From assembly GCA_041659805.1 (NCBI GenBank), contig JBAZXP010000001.1, positions 192,589 to 256,588 on the forward strand: DNA of 64,000 nucleotides, written 5' to 3'. The stretch is from Microgenomates group bacterium. Lineage in GTDB: Bacteria > Patescibacteriota > Microgenomatia > Daviesbacterales > UBA10151. The first letter of the stretch is position 1. Every line of letters begins with the position of its first letter. Shown piece after piece: positions 57,362 through 64,000 of this stretch. The notes below the pieces were generated by a model. It saw only the letters and a program-made list of their open reading frames with translations. It had not been told where the DNA came from and did not search any database. Position numbers and translations under genes: made by a program.

Positions 57362-58425
57362 AAAATCAAACCTGTAAAAATTAACACCACAATAATAAAG
57401 GCAAATAATTTTACCTCAGGGCTTACCAGTAAGGCAACTGCTCCCAACATAACAGATACTAAAATATAAAACAAGCTAATTTGTCTGTGGGACCAGCCAA
57501 TATCAAGAAGCTTATGATGCAAGTGACCCCTGTCTCCCCAGACCGGTGATTTTCCGCTGACTATTCGCCGGAAAAAAGTATAGATAAAATCTGTTGCAGG
57601 AACTGCTAACACAAGCAAAGCAGTTGCAACTTTTGCGCCGGATAAAATAGCCAGTACTGCCAACATGAAAGCAAGTATGGTGGAGCCGGAAAAACCGGGC
57701 AAAATTTTACTAGGGAACCAGTTAAAAAATAAAAATCCTAACGATACACTGGCAGTAATAAAACTCAATTTAGCGATATTCAACTGGTTAACGTCTCCCT
57801 GGTAGAAAAACTTCAAAGATAGTAATCCAAGTACGACTGCTGTCACAAAAGTAATACCGGGCATTTGTCCATCAACCCCCTTGGACCAATTAATTATTTG
57901 TGTTATTGCAACTATCCATAAAAGCGCAAAAAGATCAGCAATCAAAATAATATTATGTGTTCCAAAAAAATTAATTGTATAAACAATTTCGTCCAGCCGG
58001 ATTATAGGAATAGTCCAAGAGGTTGGTAAGAACGAAAAGAAAGACAGGGGGTTGGTTGTAAAAGAAATCCCGATACCGCTTCCTACTGCAAAGAGGGCTG
58101 CAATAAAAAGTAACCCCAACCGGATATAAGGACTAAATTTTATTGCTTTATCATCGGCGATGCCTATTATAAGTAACAAGGTGATACCGGCAAATATTCC
58201 GATTAGATATTTTTGAACTGGTAAAAAAATTAAGCTTGATATTACAATGCCGAGATAAATGGCCAATCCTCCTGCTCTGGGAATAACTCGTGTTTGGACA
58301 TGGGCAGGGTGTGGTCTTTTATTAGGGTCATCAACTAAACCTTGTTTTTTTGCAAACTTAATTACAAAAGGAGTCAAGAATAAGGTCACTATTAAAGAAA
58401 ATAAAGTCGGAAATATTATCTCCAT
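57307..58425 (-). CDS. WecA/TagO-like polyprenyl-phosphate HexNAc-1-phosphate transferase (GT4/MraY family)
   Basis: PRAGG, GIADD, INW..GVDG, FNWFP, GDRGHLHH. Confidence 0.88.
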   Translation of the reverse strand: MEIIFPTLFSLIVTLFLTPFVIKFAKKQGLVDDPNKRPHPAHVQTRVIPRAGGLAIYLGIVISSLIFLPVQKYLIGIFAGITLLLIIGIADDKAIKFSPYIRLGLLFIAALFAVGSGIGISFTTNPLSFFSFLPTSWTIPIIRLDEIVYTINFFGTHNIILIADLFALLWIVAITQIINWSKGVDGQMPGITFVTAVVLGLLSLKFFYQGDVNQLNIAKLSFITASVSLGFLFFNWFPSKILPGFSGSTILAFMLAVLAILSGAKVATALLVLAVPATDFIYTFFRRIVSGKSPVWGDRGHLHHKLLDIGWSHRQISLFYILVSVMLGAVALLVSPEVKLFAFIIVVLIFTGLILWLNSFGDYLEPQGRDNG

Positions 58426-58784
58426 CAGATAAAAATTGAAACAATCTGAAAAGCTGTGATAACTAAAATTAAATCAATGATGATGAGGGAAACCATCAGC
58501 ATTCTTTTTAGTAAATATTGGACACTATGTAGTTGGGAAGCAATTAATGAATTTACCAAACAGATTAAGATTAAGGCAATAGGTAATAAGAGGAATTGTT
58601 GCTTGGTGGCAAGCTGTCCTTCTCCCCAGGCAAGTGAGTAAAAAAGAGGTAGTTTGTCCGGTAAGTGGTTATAAAAAATAAAGAATAATGAAAGTATTAA
58701 TAGGGAGGATATAATGGTTACTAAAACGGGGATTACAAAATATTTATCTGAAGACCCCCAAATTTTGATAATTCCGGTAAACAT
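58425..58784 (-). CDS. small 3-TM membrane protein (DUF1648-like)
   Basis: LPDKLPLFYSLAWGEGQLA. Confidence 0.65.
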   Translation of the reverse strand: MFTGIIKIWGSSDKYFVIPVLVTIISSLLILSLFFIFYNHLPDKLPLFYSLAWGEGQLATKQQFLLLPIALILICLVNSLIASQLHSVQYLLKRMLMVSLIIIDLILVITAFQIVSIFI

Positions 58785-58785
58785 T

Positions 58786-60576
58786 TTATTCTTTTGTCCT
58801 TGCTTTAACAGTTGTTCTAAATTCCATATATTTTCCAAACATTAATCTGGTTTGTGCATCAATAGCAGGTAGGGCAGAGATGGTAACCATGATAACAGGA
58901 ATTAATACCCACTGGATATATGACCAGAATTTTTCCAAAAAATTCCATGATTTAGGTCTTGGAGGAACGGTTCTTTCATGAATATAAATAGTAGAAAAAA
59001 TTCCAAAAAAGGCGCCTGTTAAAATATACGATGAGACAATAGGCAAGTTATAAGCAACAGCCGATTCAGTATAGTGAGGGTTTACAATAGGGATAAGAAG
59101 TCCGGCGAATGTGACAAACAAAGCCAGTGTTCCCCATTTAAAATCACCCCAAATTTTAAAAAGCACCTGATCTGTTTTATTCCAAAAATCAATTTCAGTT
59201 GAATTAAAATAAGACCGGATGATAAAAGGCATGTGTTCTACACCATAAGCCCATCGTTTCAATTGTAAATATTGATTTTGGATTGTTTTTAGAATTGTTA
59301 CATCAAGTACAGCATCAGCAGAAATTGGCATGTAATGGGGAACGACCTTATAATGCCCATTGTAATGGAAATAAGCCTTCCAATAAAATCCGGAATCATC
59401 GTTTACTTTATCGGGGATCCAAAGTCCAACATCCAGAAGTGACTTCATATTCATAGAAAGAGAGGAGAAATTTGAATATTTATCAGAACCTACCATTTCT
59501 GCTAATTGCCAGAAGGCTGTACCTGTGGCAATAAGTCTCATTGGTGCAGGCGCTTGCCAATAGTTATTATAATAAAGAAAAACTCCAGTATAGGATCTGC
59601 GTATGCGATCACGCGGTGGTGTTGCTAAATATTTATGTAACATGCCGGCAAGAAATTGCGGATGGATCACAAAATCAGCATCCAGTGTAGTAACAATAAC
59701 TTTTTCCGTGTCTATTTTTAATTTGGTAAATTCTTTGGTTGCATTATTGATGACAAAGTTTCGGTTCGTGGCAGGGCCGGCGAGCTCACCGGGTAAGCCG
59801 TAAGGGTGGATGGTAATAAAAGCTCCGCCAATTTTATGAGCATTTTCTTCAAAATATTTTTGTACCTCAGCAATTTTTCCGGGGTCATCTCTTTGTTCCA
59901 GCCCTACACCGAGAAAGATTTTTTTATTTGGATACTCCGAATTAATTATGGCGTCAAAGGCAGGTTTTAATACCTCCAGCGATTCTTTATAAGTAGGAAT
60001 TACGACGAGTTGATAGTAATCTTGCCACTCCTCCGGATAATCAGCATCCAATTTTTCCAGCCAGTTTTGTGATTTTGCATAATTCATTTTTTTATAGCCG
60101 ATATAAATTAAGATGGCAATTTTACAAGCGTTAAAAAGCCAATAAATATCTGCAATTAAAATAATATAGGCGACTGCAAAAGGAAGAGTGAAAGATAGCC
60201 AAATTGGAGAGGTTAAGGCCAACCAGGTTAAGGCCCCTGGAAAAATTTCGAACAATCGATCAATACCTTTTTCATGTTTTTTTGCAAATCTGGCTTCTGC
60301 CTCAGGAAATAAAAAATATCTTTTTGATAGGATATGATGAGCGATGAGTCCTAATCCCGAACCGATACTGATCCAGGCGATAAGGGTTTTTAGAGGGTCG
60401 ATGCCCGACATAATACCGATTATTATTCCAAAAGTTATCAAAATGATCCCAAACACGCTATGGCTGATGGGGGTGATTTTTTTAATTAAAGGGATTTTAC
60501 GGTTGATGACAACAATCAACTCTCCAATATAAAAAAAGAAAATAAAACTAATTAAAAAACTTAGTAAGATCCTCAT
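58786..60576 (-). CDS. GT2-family membrane glycosyltransferase
   Basis: IPTYKE, TTLDAD, NDDS, QLKRWAYG (QxxRW). Confidence 0.88.
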   Translation of the reverse strand: MRILLSFLISFIFFFYIGELIVVINRKIPLIKKITPISHSVFGIILITFGIIIGIMSGIDPLKTLIAWISIGSGLGLIAHHILSKRYFLFPEAEARFAKKHEKGIDRLFEIFPGALTWLALTSPIWLSFTLPFAVAYIILIADIYWLFNACKIAILIYIGYKKMNYAKSQNWLEKLDADYPEEWQDYYQLVVIPTYKESLEVLKPAFDAIINSEYPNKKIFLGVGLEQRDDPGKIAEVQKYFEENAHKIGGAFITIHPYGLPGELAGPATNRNFVINNATKEFTKLKIDTEKVIVTTLDADFVIHPQFLAGMLHKYLATPPRDRIRRSYTGVFLYYNNYWQAPAPMRLIATGTAFWQLAEMVGSDKYSNFSSLSMNMKSLLDVGLWIPDKVNDDSGFYWKAYFHYNGHYKVVPHYMPISADAVLDVTILKTIQNQYLQLKRWAYGVEHMPFIIRSYFNSTEIDFWNKTDQVLFKIWGDFKWGTLALFVTFAGLLIPIVNPHYTESAVAYNLPIVSSYILTGAFFGIFSTIYIHERTVPPRPKSWNFLEKFWSYIQWVLIPVIMVTISALPAIDAQTRLMFGKYMEFRTTVKARTKE

Positions 60577-60614
60577 AACTTGAGCAGCTAGTTAATTATA
60601 TCTCAAAAACAGTT

Positions 60615-61418
60615 TTAGGGTAAGTGGAAGAGGGTTTTGGCATTATTAAAAGTGGTTTGGGCAACTTCATCAAATGATAAATTTTTGATTTCTGCAATTT
60701 TTTTTATAACTTCTATAACATTGGCTGGTTCATTTCTTTGCCCTCTTAAAGCTTGTGGAGGAAGAAAAGGACAATCTGTTTCAGTTAAAATTCTATCCAA
60801 AGGAATGGTTATTAAAATTTCCCTTAATTCTTCATTTTTAGGATAGGTGATTGTGCAATTAATTCCTAGATAAAATCCTAAATCCAGAATTTTTTTGGCA
60901 GTTTCTAAATTTCCACCAAAACTATGAAAAACACCATTTAAGCCATTAAGTTCTGGCACAAAAATATCAGAGCCACAATCCCTGGAATGAACTATTAAAG
61001 GTAAATTTAGTTTTTTTGCTAAATTAATTTGGGCCAGAAATAATTTTTTTTGGTTGATTTTTTCATCTTCTGTGATAGGTTCAGTAGAGAATTTGGGATT
61101 GCGATAATAATCCAATCCGCATTCACCAACAGCAATAACTTTTTCTTGGTGTTTTAAATAAATTTGTTCTAACTGAGAAACGTTTTTGATAATGGATTCG
61201 TTACTATTGATATGGGCAATTTCTTCGGGGTGTAGCCCGATTGAAGAATAACTAACAACAGGATTGCAATCTAAAATGGAAGCATCAATACTAGATTGCA
61301 TGTCTGCTCCAACGTTTATCACTATTCCAATATCCGCGTCTTTGGTTCTTTTTATAACTTCTTGAAAGTCTGGTTTAAACGAATCCCAGGTTAAATGTGC
61401 ATGTGTGTCGACTATCAT
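60615..61418 (-). CDS. tatD: TatD-family DNase
   Basis: DTHAH, GLHP, AVGECGLDY, VHSR, FHSF, ETDCPFL. Confidence 0.94.
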   Translation of the reverse strand: MIVDTHAHLTWDSFKPDFQEVIKRTKDADIGIVINVGADMQSSIDASILDCNPVVSYSSIGLHPEEIAHINSNESIIKNVSQLEQIYLKHQEKVIAVGECGLDYYRNPKFSTEPITEDEKINQKKLFLAQINLAKKLNLPLIVHSRDCGSDIFVPELNGLNGVFHSFGGNLETAKKILDLGFYLGINCTITYPKNEELREILITIPLDRILTETDCPFLPPQALRGQRNEPANVIEVIKKIAEIKNLSFDEVAQTTFNNAKTLFHLP

Positions 61419-61419
61419 T

Positions 61420-61728
61420 TTATTTAATCCAAGTCCAAAGCCAAAAGGCTATAAAAGCAATAAATAAACTTACAGACGATATCCCCATCAATCCAAACTC
61501 ATTGGCCCCAAGTGATTTGATTGTTAATAACAATACTATAGCCTCAATTGGTATAGCCCAATAAGAGTAAAATTTCCCCAAAAGATTAATTCCGTGAACT
61601 GGTTTTTTATGACCGATATCAATTAATGGATGGTGAATATGCAAAATATCTTGCAGCAAATCTCGAGTCAGATGATAGGAAGCCCAAATAAATAAAAGCC
61701 AAATAACAGCGCCCTCTATTTGAGTCAT
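61420..61728 (-). CDS. hypothetical membrane protein
   Basis: 102 aa, three hydrophobic segments, operonic spacing. Confidence 0.6.
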   Translation of the reverse strand: MTQIEGAVIWLLFIWASYHLTRDLLQDILHIHHPLIDIGHKKPVHGINLLGKFYSYWAIPIEAIVLLLTIKSLGANEFGLMGISSVSLFIAFIAFWLWTWIK

Positions 61729-61737
61729 AAAAATATT

Positions 61738-63156
61738 TTATCCTATTCTTGGAAAAAGAGATGGACCTGATTTAATTTTGCCGGAAAACTGTTTTAAGAT
61801 TTTTTCAGAAGTTTCTGGCAAAAAAGGTTTTAAGCTTAAAGCAATAGAATGGATTTTAGTACTGCTTTCTGATATAAATTCCTTTAATGGCGCCTCTTCT
61901 AATTTCCAAGGTTCTACCTCATTGATTTTTTTATCCAATGCAGCAATATCCTGCCAAATTACTGACAAGGCTTCATTAAATTTAAATTCCTTTAGTTTTT
62001 CTGTAACAACCAGATCAAAGATCTCTGTGGTTTTAGTTACTTCAAAATCAATTTTTTCTGCCAGTTTGGCAATTCTGGCAATAAGATTTCCCAAACCATT
62101 GGCTAAATCTGCATTATAGGTTTCTCTAAATTTATCTTCAGAAAAATCACTGTCGGAAAAAGGGGAGATTTTGGCTAAACAATAATATCTGAGCGCATCT
62201 GCTCCCAATTTTTCTATTAAAGGGATCGGATCTAAAACGTTACCCACAGTTTTGGACATTTTCTGACCATTAACAGTAATATATTCATGGACAAACAATT
62301 CTTTTGGCAATTCTAGTTTTGCTGAAAGCAAAAATGCAGGCCAATAAATTGCATGAAAGCGGGTGATACCTTTTCCGACAACATGTACATTGGCAGGCCA
62401 CCATTTTTGATATTTTTCTGCGTCTGTTCCAAAACCAATGCCGCTTTGATAAATGTTTAAAGCATCAAACCAAACATAGATTTTTTGAGAAGAGTCGTTG
62501 GGGACATCTACCCCCCAGTCTTTAGCCCGTTTATTAGTTCTGGAAATACTAATATCCTGTAATGGGTTTTTTAAAAAAGATAGAATTTCATTCTTGCGAG
62601 ATGAAGGTGTAATTTTATATTTGTCAGCACTAATAATTTTAATTAACTCATCTTGATATTTAGAAAGTTTGAAGAAATAGTTTTCTTCCTCCACTTCTTC
62701 TAACTTTTTTCCGGGGTGTTCAAAACATTCACCATTTTCATCTAACTCTTCGCTTGTATAAAAGGCTTCACAACCAACACAATATAATCCTTTATAGATT
62801 TTTTTATAAATATCTCCTGACTTATCACAAAGTTCCCATAATTTTTGAGAGGCTAGGTGATGATTTTTATCACTGCCTTTTTGAAAAACATCAAAATCAA
62901 CATTTAAAGACTTTGCTAAATTTTTAAAAAAATCAGCATTTTGGTCAACAAATTTTTGGATATCCAATCCTGAGTCTTCTGCAGCAGTGACGTTTTTTAT
63001 GGCATTTTCATCACTGCCGGATAAAAACAAAACATCATCCCCTAAAATCTTATGATAACGCGCGATAACATCACCTTGGATAAATTCTAAGGCGTGACCA
63101 ATATGTGGTTTAGCATTAACGTAAGGAATTGCTGTTGTAATGTAGTATTTGCTCAT
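61738..63156 (-). CDS. metG: methionine--tRNA ligase (short form)
   Basis: YYITTAIPYVNAKPHIGH, YVWFDAL, RFHAIYWPA, KMSKT. Confidence 0.96.
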   Translation of the reverse strand: MSKYYITTAIPYVNAKPHIGHALEFIQGDVIARYHKILGDDVLFLSGSDENAIKNVTAAEDSGLDIQKFVDQNADFFKNLAKSLNVDFDVFQKGSDKNHHLASQKLWELCDKSGDIYKKIYKGLYCVGCEAFYTSEELDENGECFEHPGKKLEEVEEENYFFKLSKYQDELIKIISADKYKITPSSRKNEILSFLKNPLQDISISRTNKRAKDWGVDVPNDSSQKIYVWFDALNIYQSGIGFGTDAEKYQKWWPANVHVVGKGITRFHAIYWPAFLLSAKLELPKELFVHEYITVNGQKMSKTVGNVLDPIPLIEKLGADALRYYCLAKISPFSDSDFSEDKFRETYNADLANGLGNLIARIAKLAEKIDFEVTKTTEIFDLVVTEKLKEFKFNEALSVIWQDIAALDKKINEVEPWKLEEAPLKEFISESSTKIHSIALSLKPFLPETSEKILKQFSGKIKSGPSLFPRIG

Positions 63157-63187
63157 GTTTGGATTGTAGCCTTTCTGAGGCTAACTG

Positions 63188-63559
63188 TCAAAGTTTTTGT
63201 GTCTTTCTTAGCTTTAAACTTTGAATTTTTGATGTTTGTGCTTTTCGTGTTTTTTTAAAGGAAATAGTAATAAATACTGTGGCAAGAATAGTTAAAATAA
63301 TAGACACAAGATTTAACATATCAAGCGACTTAAAAATTAATAATAGAATAATTCCTAAACTGATAATAAAACTTCTGATTAAAAACTGTAAAAAAATATC
63401 TAATAAAAACATTAAAAATAAAAATAGGGGCATAAAAAATAATAAAAGAGTGGCAAAACTAGCTGAAGTTAGTGTTTGAGGCGGTTGGGTTGTAAAAACA
63501 ACAACACCAAAAATAATTGCAAATATAAATGTAGGCAGGATTTTTTTAATTAAACTCAC
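63188..63559 (-). CDS. hypothetical 4-TM protein
   Basis: Four hydrophobic segments and a basic tail. Confidence 0.6.
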   Translation of the reverse strand: MSLIKKILPTFIFAIIFGVVVFTTQPPQTLTSASFATLLLFFMPLFLFLMFLLDIFLQFLIRSFIISLGIILLLIFKSLDMLNLVSIILTILATVFITISFKKTRKAQTSKIQSLKLRKTQKL

Positions 63560-63668
63560 TGATTAATTGTATCTTAAAGCAAAAATATTTGACAGAAGTT
63601 TTTTACAATGCAACAATTTAAAGTAATGCCATATTCCTTGGCTTGAAATTCCTGTAAAATAAAACAAT

Positions 63669-64000
63669 ATGAAGAATAATAAGGTTGTTATTTCAAAGGA
63701 TGGTCCGTATTTAGTGTTCGGTAACTTACCTTTGGATAAACAAATAATTATGCCGGATCAAGACGGAATTCCATATAAATATAAACAAGTAGAAAAATTC
63801 AAAACAGAAAAAGAATATTCACTTTGCCGTTGTGGTAAATCCAAAAACAAACCTTTTTGTGATGGTTCACACAAGAAAGGTTTCAATGGAGCTTGTGCAG
63901 CTAGTCGCGAAAAATATTTGGCTCAAGCGGAAATGTTAGAAGGGCCAGGAATTGATCTCTCTGATGCTTCCTCTTTTTGTGCGGATGCTGCTTTTTGTGA
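63669..64000 (+). CDS. CDGSH iron-sulfur domain protein (runs off the window end)
   Basis: Manual translation: MKNNKVVISKDGPYLV...SLCRCGKSKNKPFCDGSH. Confidence 0.88.
   Translation, partial: MKNNKVVISKDGPYLVFGNLPLDKQIIMPDQDGIPYKYKQVEKFKTEKEYSLCRCGKSKNKPFCDGSHKKGFNGACAASREKYLAQAEMLEGPGIDLSDASSFCADAAFC

Overview
A chromosomal window from a small-genome bacterium. Gene content suggests Patescibacteria/CPR, probably Microgenomates (inference from DUF5652/DUF5657/DUF4012-type proteins, S4-less TlyA, short ValS and tRNA-Arg(GCG)). It spans the replication origin region (dnaN - nuclease - oriC - dnaA - rpmH - rnpA - yidD - yidC - jag). It also holds housekeeping genes (dnaG, smpB/tmRNA, valS, metG, tsaD, groES/EL, rplY, murB), five tRNAs including all four Ser isoacceptors, and cell-envelope genes. 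A ~16 kb Patescibacteria-type T4SS locus contains six VirB2-like pilins, a clan GH-A hydrolase, a VirB6-like protein, PrgI, VirB4, an M23-like hydrolase and Ig-fold proteins. The most notable observations are five. (1) A cobalamin-riboswitch-like element, with its variable arm built from inverted octamer repeats, sits upstream of orphan genes embedded antisense in the T4SS locus. (2) REP-like palindromes and 7/8-mer repeat tracts sit in frame inside conserved genes (valS, tsaD, comF). (3) Many genes have a leaderless-type promoter layout. (4) The tmRNA has a 28-aa tag. (5) A membrane-anchored nuclease gene lies between oriC and dnaN. All calls come from reading the sequence; no database searches were run.
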